Counted from the first letter of the stretch, positions 25,453-41,975 are shown. The stretch: 64,000 bases of DNA from the human T2T-CHM13v2.0 reference genome, Homo sapiens (GCF_009914755.1 NC_060932.1), one strand, 5' to 3'. Numbers and translations: made by a program. The notes: generated by a model not told the origin, from the letters alone.

Positions 25453-28400
25453 TAGAAGACTCTCTCCCAGTTTCCCTCTTTATGAATTGCTCTATCCTAT
25501 TCTTGCCATAATGTCTGTTTATTTCTCTCCTCCTCATTTTCATTTCCAGGTTGGTTTTACATTGTTATTTAATGATTATGAGTCCATTATTCCCATATCT
25601 AATATTTCAACACATCATTAAAGTTTCCTATTTCCACTATTAATTGGAATATACCCTCTTCATTAAAAGAATTAATTTTACATATTACACAAAATGAGCA
25701 AATTCCCTTATATTTGTCAAATAAAATATTCAAGGTCAATCAATGTAATAACGAGTGAATGTTATAAGGAGATATTTAGAGACTTCTGTTAAGATAAAAT
25801 ATTGCTACCTCATTTCCTGTTATACTTTCAGAGTCTTCACCATTTTATTTTAATCATGATTTTAACAAATAATAATGTTGATATCTCATTTGTAGGGTGC
25901 TTTTCTGGCTAAAAACTGATTTTATAGCTCATGCATATGTAATATATGTATATATTTATGTATAACATATGGCATTCCTATACTATATAGATATATTTCT
26001 ATATAATACCTACATACGTATATGATATATACATACATACATGATATATGTATGTGTCATGGGATGTTAACCGTAAACTTGAGAGACTGACAGACCAGAT
26101 TTTATTATTTACATTCTGAGATGAGGATTCTCCTGGTTTAAGATTCTGTTGCTGCTCTAACTAAATAAATTTAGAATTTAGGTTCAATCTGTATAAATGA
26201 TTATAACTACAAAAGAAAAAGAACTTGTGTTTCAGGCATGCTTCTTTCAGAGAACAATATTTAGGGCATACTGAAATTTTAGGTTCATGGGAGCAAAGTC
26301 TTCATCTGTTGTGAGCACTGCTGTATCCCCAGTGCCTAGAACACTGCCTAGCACAGCACAGGTCCTCAGCAAATACCTGTTGAAGGATGAATGAGTCCCT
26401 ATTTCAGTCGTTTTTAAAACTGCAGTTTTTCATTAAAACTACTGAACTCAGACAATAAATGAGAAAGATAATTCTAAAAATCAAATTTTAAATATCAAAG
26501 TATTAGGTAAAATTTAGTGCCCTTTTCATTAATCCTTTAACTGTTATGAAATATAATCATCATGTTCCTTTTGTTCATACTTTTCTGCTAATGGTTCATT
26601 CTTAAAATTGTAACATAGTACTTCTCTTTCATAATTAGATTATAATATCCAGAAAACCATAGGCCATCATTGGAAAGGACTTTAGAAGTTAACTATCTAG
26701 TACCCTGAACTAAACTAGGACTCTTCCTATGTCAGTGGTTGTCAAATCAGGCTCATAAACAAAACACTGGGGGAGCTTTTTAAAAACATAAATTTTCTGG
26801 CCTTGACATGAGAATTCTATTCCAGTTTGTATCTAAATGTGATGAATGCTCTAACGCTATACGATATCACTAATAGTTGATTGTCCAATCTGCTTGAACA
26901 GTTGAGAGCCCTCTACCTTATGAGGCAGTTCATATTCTTGGACATTTGTAATTATTATAAAGATTTTTCCCAATTGGGCCAAATCCTACCTGCCTATAAC
27001 TTCTTTAAAGGAGACTGCTCTTTACTTGGGAGATGATTAGAAAGATATTAATTTTAAAATTATCTTTTGATTGAGCATATATCTTACGCATTTCTGTATT
27101 TATGATATGTTTCACGGTTCTTAAAACATGAAAACAGGACTGGAAGAAAGAATTGCATCAGGGACTATCATTTTGGAATTGGCTCTAGTTATGCTTTAAC
27201 CCACTGACTATATATATAAAGTAACTAGTGGATTACATACATATATATATCATATATATACATATAATATGTACATATAGTTCTACTTTTATTAGTATAA
27301 TTCTTCATTTTTTCATAGAGCTTTTATGCTCCAGCCCTAGACTGCTGATCCCAAATTATGTTTTTTTTCAAATAGAACAGGCTACTCCCCCTATCAAATT
27401 TTGCTGAGTGCCACAAGAAGATATGTAAACAATTCAGTTATTTTTTTAAATCCAGTTTTCAGTCTTTCTACCACATTATAAGGTTAGATAATGGATTAAT
27501 GGCATACAAAAAAATAACCACAAATAAGGAAACTGTCTTTTCATAATCTATTTTGTAGATATTTTCTTTTAATGTGGGTTGAATAGTTAAAATGAATACA
27601 TTTAGATAATTAAAGACCTGAATTTGTCTCTGACAAATAAATTGTTCTGATATTAGAATTCCTAATTTTTGTCAATGTTATTTGAACTGAAAAGTAATTT
27701 TCATGTTCTCTAAATGTGTTTAAAATACTTTTACTGTTATTTTAAAATTATTATTTACCTTTAAGATAAAAACAACACCTAAGAGAAATTCTATTTTGGC
27801 ATTTTAAATAATATTCATTTCTGCATTAAGGGTTTGTCATATTCCATTTTTATCTGCATTTCACTTGCTATATACTAGTTTCTCGATTTGTGGTTATTAC
27901 ACAATTTGGTATTAAATCAGTACATAATGCATTCATCTTGTATTGAAAGATTGGTTTGCCTTTAGTGCAATTTAAAAACATTGTCAGTTTGTTGTTACTA
28001 TATGGAAACACAGAAAAAAGGAAGATGACAGTTAAAGAAGAGAACAAAAAGATGTTGAAAGGATTAGGTACTACTATTTTCCTTAAGGAATATATAAATT
28101 ATACTATAAAGCATTTTATTAATCTTTCCATTGTATTAAATAACAGTAGTATTTAAACCCATTAGAAATTTGTTCGTAAATGTTAATCATTAATATTTCT
28201 GTTAGCCAAAGTAAGATTCTAGGAACTACATCACTGACTTTGAAAAATCTGGCAATTGCCTTTTTTTTTGTATTGATGGATTAGATATTCATGTCTTAAT
28301 TATTAGCATAGTTGCTGCAGAAATGACAGATTAAAATATCAATATGCTTACAGTATTTTTATTCAATTTTTATAATCATTTAAGTTTTTCATCTACATTA

Positions 28401-29229
28401 ATGTATAAGCTTTAATAACTAATTTTTTAATTTTTAAGCTTTAATAACTTTTCAAGCTTACATTGAAGGATTGCAAATATTTAACTCTAATAAATATAAG
28501 AACACGTGCAAGTCAATATTTCTTTGTAAATTGAAAATAACTAGATGCATTGTCTCAGAATATTACTGCATAATAGTTTATAATAATTATTCTGTAGTAA
28601 CAAAATGTAAGAGTACTGATCTGAAGCTTAAGATTATAAATGTATTTCAGTTTGCATTCAATTTATTATAAACCCTAAAATGAAATGTTAATAATGTTGA
28701 TTAAATTCTTAAACTTTCAGCAAAATAAATTGCATAGGAATAACAGCTGCCTTTCGCTTTTTTAAATTTCAGAAATAGTTGTTTATTCAATGAGGCGTTT
28801 TGTTCATTAAGTGTAGTTTCTTCAGTGCTAGCTTGACAATAGCATGCTTGATGTCTTTACTGAATCATTAAATATTTATGGTTCTAGTATTTGCATACTT
28901 ATAATGAGAATTACATGCAGTAAAACGATCTTTGAAATGGTTCAGTGAGGAGGGAAGGATTTTTTTTTTACCATTTATTATAAACTAAATCTTTAATTAT
29001 TTTTAACAATATGGGAACACTTACTTAGTAAATCTGGCATTAGCCAACTAGAAGTAAACTGACTAGAATTTTTATTAATCATGTTTTACCAGAAATAGGA
29101 AAGTGAACATAGAAACTGCCTACATCAAGATAACGGATTTCTTCTTAAGGCAACTTTCACAGAATTTTCTCCAGACCATATTACATTTAATTTCCTGGGA
29201 CTCCTACAGTTACAGTGATATAGTAGTGG

Positions 29230-29537
29230 ACTGGGGAACTCAAACTTAAAGACCTAAAGGGGCCAAGCAGGTAATATAAGTGATTGAAGTAAGTCAGGCT
29301 TAAGAACTTGGTAGTGTTGGGAATGGTGGTGAGCTGGAGAATGTATGCACCCATTAAAGGGGGAAAGTGCTGTTCCCCTTAAGCTAGTTATTGACATGCA
29401 GCAGTATTGACAGATCTGCTGTTTCAGGAGATCAGAAACCCTAATTCTTATGTTATCTTTGTAAACAACTCTTTTGGCCAAAGAGAGTATATCAGTGGGC
29501 CAGATCTAATGGATGGGCCACCAGTTTGCAGCTACAG
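29230..29537. mobile_element. Old hAT-Charlie-type DNA transposon relic (MER102-like)
   Basis: aactcaaacttaaagacctaaaggggccaagcaggtaa...gggccagatct...gggccaccagtttgca resembles MER102/MER58 ends. Family uncertain. Confidence 0.5.
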
Positions 29538-30630
29538 TAGTAATTGTTGGAATGATGATCCTCAATGACAAAAATTGCTGAACAATCAAAAAGGGAATAA
29601 ATCATGTTCTTCATTTTGTTATTTCTAAGTCAGAAACTGCTCATATGTTTTAGAACAGTCTTTAGTAATATGAATAAAAGTTAACCAGAAGATTGCATTT
29701 CTAAAGTATTCCTGTTAATGAAGGTTTGGTGGTTAATAATTTCACTGTACTCATGTGTGTACATGTATGTGTTAAAAGTAAATTAAACTCTGACTCTGCC
29801 TCATTTTTCTCAGATAACAAGCAAAATAATAGGATGTTCTATAAATTGTGTAGAATACTATTAATCCATGGTATTTCACAGGTATGAAAAGAAATATTGT
29901 AATGGATTTTAAGTCTCCAGAAGTAGAGCTAATTATAGAAATGTTAAATATGTATAAATAAATTATCTTGCCCCATGTGGAAATTATGTTTTCTATTTTT
30001 TATAATATGACCACCTAGATTAAGGAGAAATTAAATTAAGCTTTATTGATATTGCTAGAAAATGGAAAACAGTTAAATCTGTTCTGAAATGGTTTTAATA
30101 AAAGCAACTCTTTAAAATGCAAAATTATATTATTGATTGATTTAGGATTTACATTTGTATGAAGTGAGTTAGGCTGAGTTTTGTACCTTCAGCTAGTAGT
30201 TTTAAAACTTGGGAGATACTATAAAATTTACCATGAAAGATGATGGTTTCAATTTTGTTTTTAAACCTGATAAAATGTGTCTGAAACCAAAAGAGGATGA
30301 CATGATTATATTTATAAGAATAATTTGGAAAGGTAGATAAGATGTCTTTAAAAAAACATATTTCTTTATCAGTCTAACTTAAGTATAAATGGTAATTATA
30401 ATTACTTCTCAGATTTGTTTTTTAATGATAAAGAGCTTTTCTTATCACTCTAAGTATAATAAAGTACATATTGCATGAATTTGGAATAATTCTGCATACA
30501 CTGAGTAACATCAATAACTATTCATTGGAAATCTGTTGACAGCTTTGTCATTCTTTTTTTCTAATCTAGTAGCTCGTAAATTTATTTGTATAAGATTAAT
30601 TCAGTTTTGCTTAAAATTCATCACACTTGG

Positions 30631-30763
30631 TGGGCCCAGTGACACTCACCTATAATCCCAGCCAATCAGGAAACTGAGGCAGGAGGATCACTGGAACCCA
30701 AGAGTTTGAGTCCAGTGTGGGCAACACAGCAAAATCCCCATCTCAAAATAAAACAAAACAAAA
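30631..30763 (+). mobile_element. Free Alu monomer (FLAM-like)
   Basis: Single ~130-bp monomer with an A-rich tail. Confidence 0.8.
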
Positions 30764-30951
30764 TTTATCACTTTGCATATATTAATAGTTTTAATTACGT
30801 CAATAATATAGCTGAGCACAGTGTGTATTTTAGCATGTACTTCTGTAAGTTTTGGATATCTTATAATCTAATGTATTCACACAGGACTATAGTTTTAAGG
30901 TAATGGACTTTAAAATTTATATAAGAATATATACCTTTGAAATAAATTTCC

Positions 30952-31202
30952 TTTTTTTTTTTTAATAGAAGCAAGGTCTTGCTCTGCCAGCCAGGCTGTA
31001 GCACAGTAGCACCACCATAGCTCACTGCAGCCTCAAACTCCTGTGCTTGTGCCACCATGCCTGGCTAACTTTTAAATATTTTATAGTGATGGTATCTCTC
31101 TCTGTTTTCCAGGCTGGTCTTGAAATCCTGGCCTCAAGCAATCCCCCCTTCCTGGGCCTCCCAAAGTGCTGGGATTACAGGCATGACCTACCACACCTAG
31201 CC
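30952..31202 (-). mobile_element. AluJ with internal deletion
   Basis: Antisense dimer missing part of the right arm near 31047. Confidence 0.9.
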
Positions 31203-31820
31203 AAAAATTTATCTTTAAAATTTTCCAGGGAATGTAATTGTGGGCAAAATAATCTTTACATTTTCTATTTGTTTATATGGAATATTGTCTTCTGCTTTAT
31301 TTTATCAAAGAAACCCTAATATCTTAATGTATATATTTGGGAAATGTTGTCTTATTTCTTCTAGTACTTAGTTCTGACATGATATCTACATAGCCTTGCT
31401 AAAAATGTAGTTGTCCTTGGGCTGCCTAATAGCTGTATATATTTAAGTATTTAAATGAATAACTTAAGGCAATTCTTAAGCGTTGAATTGATTTCTTATT
31501 AGTGAGATTTATGTTATGATTACACAGATTGTTTAGAATCATATCAAGAACTTAAATAGAACTGGACAACAGTTCTGGACAGAATACGAACTTCTATTGG
31601 CATTGACAACTGAATATTTCAGCATTGCAAACAAATTATGAGAAGGGAGTAAAAATACTTCCAATAAGTAACAAAGTTCCTCATGATGATACAGGAGTTT
31701 ACTTTTTTAACCCTATTTTACCTGTTTATTATAATAGATAAAATATGAAAATTTTAGAATATTTTATATAGTGTGAGATATTCTTATTACATAAAGGAAG
31801 AACTTATAAGAAGTATATAA

Positions 31821-32597
<777 letters not shown>

Positions 32598-32626
32598 GTG
32601 TCCGGGCACGGACACGTACAAATTTA

Positions 32627-32943
32627 GGCCAGGCGTGGTGGCTCAGGCCTGTAATCCCAGCACTTTGAGAGGCCGAGGCGGGCGGATCATGAAGTCAAGA
32701 GATCAAGACCATCCTAGCCAACATGGTAAACCCCGTCTCTACTTAAAAACAAAAAAAAAAAAAATCAAAAATTAGCTGGGCCTGGCGGCATGCACCTGTA
32801 GTCCCAGCTACTCAGGAGGCTGAGGCAGGAGAATTGCTTGAACCCGGGTGGCAGAAGTTGGCAGTGAGCCGAGATCGCGCCATTGCACTCCAGTCTGGCA
32901 AGTGAGCAAGACTCCATCTCAAAAACAAAAAAAACAAAAAAAA
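32627..32943 (+). mobile_element. Alu (AluSc-like)
   Basis: GGATCATGAAGTCAAGAGATCAAGACCATCC within a full dimer. Confidence 0.95.
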
Positions 32944-35240
32944 CCCATAATTTATTGTACTTCAGGTTTTAGGCATGCTATAAATCTGGGTTTATATATA
33001 TGGCAGTTAAGGAAAAATGCTTAGCAAAAGACACTTTGCCCATAAGATTGAAGAGTAAACATTTTCAAACTTAAAAATGTCACCGTATTCTCTTATTCCT
33101 AAGATAAAAGTAAGATTTTCTGAATGTTAAAATTATTATTTTTAAGTCAAAAATATGGTATTTACTTTTGTTTACTTTTAAATTTGGTTTCTGAGTATTC
33201 TCTCTGAAATAAAATTATAGTACAAATAAAGCCTGTCTTCTTTAGTAGTGTATTGTCAACTTCTACCCAACAGGGTCTATGAATCAAGTACTACCAGGCT
33301 GACGCTCCGTGAGGGCCAATTTACTATTCTTGCCTATCATATTGCTGCAGTCTCACTCAAAATAAAAGTCGTGGTAACTGAAAAATTACACTAGAACCTT
33401 CAAAAGGGACACATCTTGTTGCTTGAACAGCAAATGAAAATGCATGTATTAATAAAAGATTATTTTAGAGCTCCATTTGTACTTAAGGACAGTAAGCTAC
33501 TGTATTTTTAGACAAATGTAGGGCACATTGTGAAAACACAGAGTTACTGTCCAATAAGTTTTTTAGCATATTTCCTTATGCTATAATAGAGACAGCACTG
33601 AATTGCATAGATTCTAATTTCATCTTGACTCTTAGCCCTCTGTGAAATCTGGGGCAAGTATTTTCATTTCTTCAGGCTTCAGTTTTCTCACTCATGTAGA
33701 GAGCAAACCAGATGATCTTCAAGTCTCCTCACTCATAAAACAATTAAAATCATCATAATGTTAACATTTAAGTAGCATTTAATGTAAACATTTAACATTT
33801 AAAATCCAAAGCATATGAGCTAGATCATAATTTGTAACATAGAAAAGTGAATACTTAATGCTTTTTATCCAAAAATGATATTATTATTGAATTATATTAT
33901 TATTTGAACAATCTATTTAATTCCTAACATTAGTCATTGGCAATTTCTTGAAAAAGTGTCTAGTAACCTTTTCCTCTGTTTTTCTTTCACCGTTGAATAG
34001 TTTTCAGGTGTATTTCTAGACTGTGATGTTTGTGACTGTATGTTAGTAATTTCGGTATCCATCAACCAGAAATAGTAATTCATTCTCCTCAGAAGTGTGT
34101 ATTGCCTTAGATTAAATAAGTAACCTGTTAGCAAAAAAAGTTAAAGGATATTTTTATTCATTATTTTGGTTCATTTTATAATACACAGTGTATGATCAAA
34201 TTAAGTGATGATTTTTAACTAAAACTTCTTAGACAAGTTTTCTGGGAAAAAATGATCTTACAACAGGCAGCAACTTAGAGTATTATAAATTAAGATACAA
34301 AGAAGAGGATAAAAAAGGAAAAAAAATTAGGAGTATCACATTATTCCCTATCAAGACATAGCCAATTAATTTCATTGTCTTTGGGGTGAGAGCATTGCTT
34401 ATAGGAATTTTTCTAAAAGATCCAGTTCTTTCCCTCTAGTCACCAATCCTGAAAGAAATAAACATGGGGATTAGCTAACTACTCTCTCACCTTGGCAGTA
34501 TTTTACAAGAAAGTGAGCTAATTAACCTCCTTCTTTCTTTCCTTCCTTCTTCCCACACCATCTCTTCTCTTTCCTTCTTTCTCTCTCTTTTTTTTCTCTA
34601 ACCATTTTTCTAGCTGCTACACATAGGCAATTATGGTACTTCGTGGTGCGATACTGAAATACATGAAAACTAGTTGTTGCCTTAAGAAGGTCAAGGCTAG
34701 TGGAGGACATGGACATTTAAATAATTATAATACAGTTATAATCACTGCTATTATAAAGATATATTCAATTGTTGAATATTCCAAAGTGATATATATTAAA
34801 TAACTACTAATTCCATATTTTCATTGAGTAAGGAAGTGCAAATAAATAGGAAAGAATCTGGGGAGATACCACTTAAACCATGGTGGAACAGAGGATTTTT
34901 AAATACATTAAGGCAGAAGTTCTGAGACATGAATTTACATCCCTAATTCTGCCATATCCTAGCATGTGGTATATCATCTCAGACCGTTACCTTTTTCTTA
35001 ATGGTAATATTTTGTCATGATCAGACTGTTACTATTAATCTAAATATTAATTTTAATTTGGTTTCAGTAAGGTTCCAGACTAAAGCAAAAGCAAGAAAGG
35101 GATAAGAAAGGAAAAAATACAAGACTATTACAAAGTATGTGTAAATAGGTTTTGGTATTTGATTGAGTTACTTCACTCATTTATTTAATAAATATCTTTT
35201 GAGTGCCAGGCCCTATTCTTGAGGCTTTTAATAAAATAAT

Positions 35241-35545
<305 letters not shown>

Positions 35546-38500
35546 ATATAATAGAATAAAGTAATGAACTAACACACAAAATCCCTGTCATCATGGAGTT
35601 TATATTCTGATGGGGGGACTGAAAAAGAAGTGCAAAATATTGGGTATAAGATGATAATAGTAGAGAAGGGTGACAGTGTGTGTCAGTCAGAGGAGATGGA
35701 AGCATTGCCTCACTTCCCAGAAAGGAGAATGTGGATTTAAATCCCAGAAGTAAGTGGAGATTTTTTTTTTGTATGTGGAGATTTAAGAGTTCTGAGCTTT
35801 GTGGGTGATTGAAATTAACAGGGATAAAGGGGATATATAATGAGATTTGCACTGGTAATCTGAAGGCTGATATTAGATGTGAAGCTGTAAGTGCTAGGGT
35901 TAGGGTAGGAGTTCGTTTTTACCTGGAGCATGCAGAGTTCTAGGGCTTAGTTCCCTCAAACATATAGGGCTGGAGGGGTGATCTTATACAAAGCAGTTCA
36001 AATTCAGGCTTCCCTCTTGACCTGAACATAGGAAGCAAAGGGAAAGAAAGAAATAGCAATGACATCAGTGCTCCTATTTTGGGTAACTATGACTATTGAA
36101 AAAAAGTTTGGGATGTCAATAGGGTTAGGAGTTTTGAGTGGATGAAGAGTAAAAGATTTTAGAAATTTTGAATTTTCATGTAAGGCCTGAAATTGGCCTG
36201 AAGCTAATTGGAGAATGGATCTGCATATTTCTATTTAGATTCATACTTAATCTGGTGAAAGGAAATGAGAACAATCTATGTTATTACTGAAATAGGTATT
36301 AACTTCATGTTTAACTTCAGCTTTTAAAATAATGGTAATTTTAAAAGACATTAATTATTCCACCTTCAGATTATTTTAAACTATTAACTCTTCAAATGTT
36401 TACATTTTCTATTACACTATGTACTTTCTGAATAGAGTACTTGACAGTCAACAAGTTATCTTTCTTCTCAGAATCCCAAGAAATATGATTCTAAAGAAAG
36501 TTTTATTGTATTGCTGAATAAAGAATGTATGATTTACCAAATGATGCTATATTTTAATATCTTAGTTTTCAATGTGCTGAAGTCATTGCATTGTTGCCGT
36601 GTTATTTTTATATAATATAATTTCCAAAAAATGCTGAATACATTAGACTGAAGTCAAATGACATTTTTAGACAAAGAAAAATTTGCATTTGAAAATGGAA
36701 GTGTGGAGATTTTTGCCATTTTAAGGGAGATATTTAATTATTGTTTATAAAATATGGTATAATGCTAACTTTCACTCAGTATGTGTATATTTTTATTTTA
36801 TTTAATGTATATGTAGAGGAAATGATCTTACGATATTTAAACAACTCTAAAAAGCATTTCTAATTATTATAGGAAATAATTCTGAAAAGTCTGGTACACA
36901 GAAAAATCATCTATATCTTTTATTATGTAGAATGCACTAGTTCATTCTACATAGGCAGGAGTTTCCTCCATTAAAAAAATTAAAACCTTTAAGTATGAAA
37001 TTTTACAGTAGTTGTAAGAATCAATGAGTATGACAGGTATTATTTACACTAAATTTTTGATTATGTGCATCATTGGGGACAGGAGGCTAATACAACAGTA
37101 GACTTTTTTTAGAAATAGCATTTGATATGCAAAGTAGATTTTTCTGTTATTTCTTAAATATGTTCCATGTAGTAATAGGACATGGCCAAATGTAAAACAT
37201 TGGTAGATTACAAAAAAAAAAAATACAAATAGTGATTAACTAGTATTTTTAAACCAATTTAAACATATAGGCCCGATAATGCTTTAAATTATTTTCAAAG
37301 CTCAAAATGCAAATGGGCAAATGTTTAAAATGCACTATAATATAAAATTACTTCAAATCTTGTAGGAAAATAGGAGAATAGTAAAGTCAGAAAGTTAATA
37401 AGATGCAGAATAAAGTTAAATCAGCTAATTTCCAAATAAAATTTCTATACACCAACACATGAAAAAATTCTAAAGTGGATTTTCTTATACTGTCTGCCAT
37501 GTGCAATAAAGCAAAGCTCAATAAAATAAAGTATGCCTATATGTGGAATCAACAACAAAAGTGGACCTGTGCAATTACACCAACTGCTATACTGAAAATA
37601 ACATCTTGGTATTTTTTAATTTAAAAGCAGCCAGTGCAAAATTTTTTTTAATTTAAAGATATGCAATCATGTCTATATATGAGAGAAAAACAAAACTTTT
37701 TTTCTTAAATACTTCTTAAGTGTATGGTAATCAGAATGACACAAAGAAGCCAATATGGTTCTAGATATACTAAGAACTAACTGAAAATAATGCAGAACAT
37801 ATTTAACCAAAAAGGAAAATGTGAATAGCTGGGGCTGGAGAAATCCAGTATTATCTATTATCTGCTTTCTGCTTGCCAGTGGACTTAGAAATATAACCAT
37901 AAAAATCTTTTCTAAGCACAGGAAAAGCAAAACTAACAAAGTGAGATTAAAAATATATCACTTGGTTAGATGGTGAGTTAGTGAGTTCATTTTGCCTCTT
38001 CTCACTCAATGTCACTTTTTGTTAGCCTCTACCAGGGTTCTCAAATGGTTTTTGTCACTTGCAATAGAATCGCCAGAGAAATCTCAAAATAAAATATCTG
38101 CCCCTCATGCCAAAAGTATCTTATTAGAATTCCTGAGGCTAAGACCACAGACTGTATTCTTGAAAAGCTCTTCAAGTGGTTGTGGTGAATACTAAAATTT
38201 GAGAACTATTTTTCTAATTAATTTAGAAATTGTATACTTCATATGCTCTTCCAATTGGACCATATAATTCAAGGGCAAAATTTAGTGCTTGGCTTTTTGC
38301 CCAGATGCCTTGGAGAATGTCCAGCTTTATGGAATTTTCACCAAAAGCTTTGCCAAAAGAGAAGCAGACCTGTCCAACCTGCAGTAAAAGGAGCTGAAGA
38401 CCAATGATGACAATCAGCATTCTGTGATTTGTCAGTTTGCCCTATAGAGAACAAAGAGCACTTTGATTTAATGGTCATGTCTATAGATATTTTATCATTA

Positions 38501-39633
38501 AATATGAAAAACAAGAAGACAAAGCAGAAAAAAATAGATCAAATCTTAGTGAGTGGGGAGTAGCTGCAGCAGGAGGCAGTGGAGGTGGTAAGCAGCAGAC
38601 TACCACCCAGAAAAGAGAATCAGCGGTAGAGGAAAGACTAAAATCCAAACAGTATATAGAATTGTGTTGTGCTGCCCGTGGTAAAGGACTATGTCTGCAT
38701 ACATATAAATCTGGATGTCTAGACCATGTTCTCTCTGAGTTATTGTAGCTGAATAGAAAGTAAGTGTCTGTATGTTCTGGTCAAGTTAAAAGTCTAAACA
38801 CTTTTAAATGACAATTGACTGAGCGATATGTATTTTAAGAAAGCTTCACTTCAAGAGAGACAGCACAAATGCTAGGGCCATGTTGCTTTTGTTGAAACCC
38901 TGATTCCAACATCCTCCTCAAGTTTTATGATTTCTCAGTTTTCTCTTCTTTAATCTGGATAATCATAGTACTTATATCAGATTCTTTATGAGGTTTAAAT
39001 TAGTGCATGTACCTACTTAGAATAATGCCTAGTACATAATAGATGGTTATTGTCATCATTGTTACTATTCAAACTAAGAGACAAAATTAAAGAGCTTGAG
39101 TAAAGTGTTAGTAAATCATAAAGCTTTAAAAGGATGCTGTGGCACTATGAATAACATCTCTATTACTACAGGAGATATCTTAAATGATCCTAGAGAATAA
39201 TTTTTTTAAAATTGATATGTTAATGATGACCAACTTATACCATGATATTGAATCAGTAAATCAGGTGTCTCCAGTTTGAAAACAAATAAGAATTGACTAC
39301 CTGTTCTTAAATGTATGGTATTCTTGGTGACAAAAAATTATAATTCTAAAACCTTTCAAAAGGTCACACATATTTAACTACTCAAAAACTGCAAGCTAAA
39401 TCTAATTTTTATATTTGCGGGGAAAGTTTTCAGAGCCCCAAAATAGTTGATGAATAAATGAATAGCTGTTGATTCCTGAAGGTCTCTTCCAATTTTATGA
39501 GAAGTGAAGTTGTAATAAGAGGCTTATCTTTGCTGGCCGCCTTTGTGTTTACAAAGTTTCTCCTCCTCAGAAGCAAAGTTTAGTGTTGGCTGACTTAGGT
39601 TTCTTGTGATTGAGGCTAGAAGGTGGACTAGAT

Positions 39634-39682
39634 CAGTGATTCCCCAATCTTTTTAGCACCAGGGACCAGTTTCATGGAAGAA
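39634..39682. mobile_element. MER1-type terminal fragment
   Basis: CAGTGATTCCCCAATCTTTTTAGCACCAGGGACCAGTTTCATGGAAGA resembles a MER1A/B end. Only ~50 bp present. Confidence 0.7.
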
Positions 39683-41044
39683 ACCGGTTTTATGTCTTAC
39701 TGTGGTTGAGAAAAAGCAAGTCTAATTTTATTTACTTAATGAAAATTAATAAAAGTTTGGAAGCTGAGAGACTATTGTCAAAATGCAAAATAAAAGGTTG
39801 GCCAATCAAAAAACAAGCAAACATGTATAAATGGAAAAATAGTTTTTTTACTGGGTTCTCTTACCTTTTTTGCAACTGTAGTGAAACAATTTTCAAACTC
39901 ACTTGGGGATATCAAAACTTTTCCATGGCTAGATAATAAATAGTGCCAGCTAAATCAAGTGATAGGTACAATCTGATTTTAAATATGACCTATGGGGTAA
40001 TAAAATGCATTGGGGTTTTGCTGGTGGGGCCTAAGTCCTCCAATATAGTACAGTACTCAAGCAAATGGTCTCTAGAACCAGGTTAAATTGGCTTTACATT
40101 AGAACCACACATTGGCTTGTGACCTTCCCAAATATTCAGTTTCTTCAACAGCAAAATAGGAACAATTACCTAACTTAAAGAACGTTAGAAATGTGGAATG
40201 AGATTTTTAAAATATGTGAGTGCTTGTAACACAATGCCTACCATAGGGTAAGCTTTCAATACATGTTAGGCAAAGTTAGAAGCTGTTGTTTTTATGTAGT
40301 GGAATCAACATACTTTGAATGAAACTGAAAAGTAGCACATTGATGGCATTAGTAAAAATTATTTTTTAAAAAGGCAAGAAATAAATTTTTATAAAGCTGC
40401 TTTGGTCTTTTATTTCCTTAGTACTTTTCAAGATAGAAAAAATCCCTGCAAATACACTTGCCTCAAGAGCTAAGGGATTAGAGAGGAATGGCAAGTTTTC
40501 AAGCTAGTTTTCATCAGTGCTACCCTAAGGCTAGTGCCCATTCAGCTCAAAGTTCTAAATTATCTGAAACTCAGAATAATAAATAATATTTATAATTATT
40601 ATCCTTTTAGCAAGAAAGAGTTAAATTATTTCAGTGGTTTTTGTAAAATGCAGGAAAATAAATAATACCCTGCTTTTACATTTTAGTTAAGTATTAACTC
40701 TCTAGAATATTCACTTTTTTCAGGTTAACTTTTTCCATAAGTATGCCTGCTTTTGGCTATTCTAAAATAAAATACCCTAAATTATCTTATTCTAAAAGAA
40801 AACGTTGGCCACTTACAGCTGTACTTGTTTTAATTTAAGTTATAATTACATCAGAAGTGACCTAAGGATTCACAAAAAAGGATAAAACTTGAAGCAAAAC
40901 CATTGATTCAGCAAACATCTCTTGAGTCTTACCCATCTAGGCTCAATTCCAATCAATGTTCGGCCCAGAGCTGGTTCCTAGTAAGAGTTCACTATATTGG
41001 AAGAGTGAATGAATAGGCAAATCAATGAATGAATAGCATGTGTT

Positions 41045-41290
41045 GTATATAGCATTGTGTTAAGAGTGCAGACTCTGGAACCAGACAGTTGGGTTTGAAT
41101 CCTGGCTCTCCCACTTACTGTCTTGTGTTAACATGTAACCTTGGATGAGTTACTTAGCCTCACTGTGCCCACTTTTCTCATTTATGTAATTATGATGATA
41201 ATAATACTTCCTCATTGGATTGTTTGAGGATTAAGTTAAAACTAGCAAAGCACTTACAACAATACCACATAGTAAACAGTGATAAATGGT
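41045..41290 (+). mobile_element. MIR SINE
   Basis: gactctggaaccagacagttgggtttgaatcctggctctcccacttact...accttggatgagttacttagcctc. Confidence 0.88.
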
Positions 41291-41975
41291 TGCAAAAAAA
41301 AACAATAAAAAAGAAATAGAAATATAACTTTTGCCCTCAAAGACAAAACTTATACGTGAAATGCCAGTACTTACAAAATCATGTACTACTAATTTAACAT
41401 TACTGGGAATAAATACCAGCTTGGTAACTCATGTTGCCACCTGATACTGACTCTGCCCAAAAGCAGCATCTCATTTCCCAAATGCAGGTCACAGGGGATT
41501 TGCATCTAGTCCAGAGTAACACTCAAGAATTGCTTCATCAGAGTATATCTTAACTCATGTAGCCTAAGGTTCTATAAACAACATAAATTTTTATCATATT
41601 AAATGACATTAAGTCACTCAACTGAAACAGGTGAAACAGGGAGTTTCTTCTGAGGCAATTTGAAATGATAGCTAATTAATTGTACCTAGGGAGATCACCA
41701 AATCTGCTAATTTTAGAAGTGGGAATGATCTGGCACTAAATTTAAATTCTTCCCAGTCACTATCTGATCCACAGGGTCATACAGCCAACATGGGCAAGAA
41801 TGAGTATGTCCAGTTTTGGGATGGTGGGGTATTTATAAATTCTTCTGTGCTGATTAGTTGGATATTTGATCAAACAATTGCCAAAGGCCTTTACAAGAGT
41901 AATACATTTTAAATAAATAATGAGTTTTACTTTCTAAACTTTAAGGAATTAAGATACATAAAAATAATCTATCTC

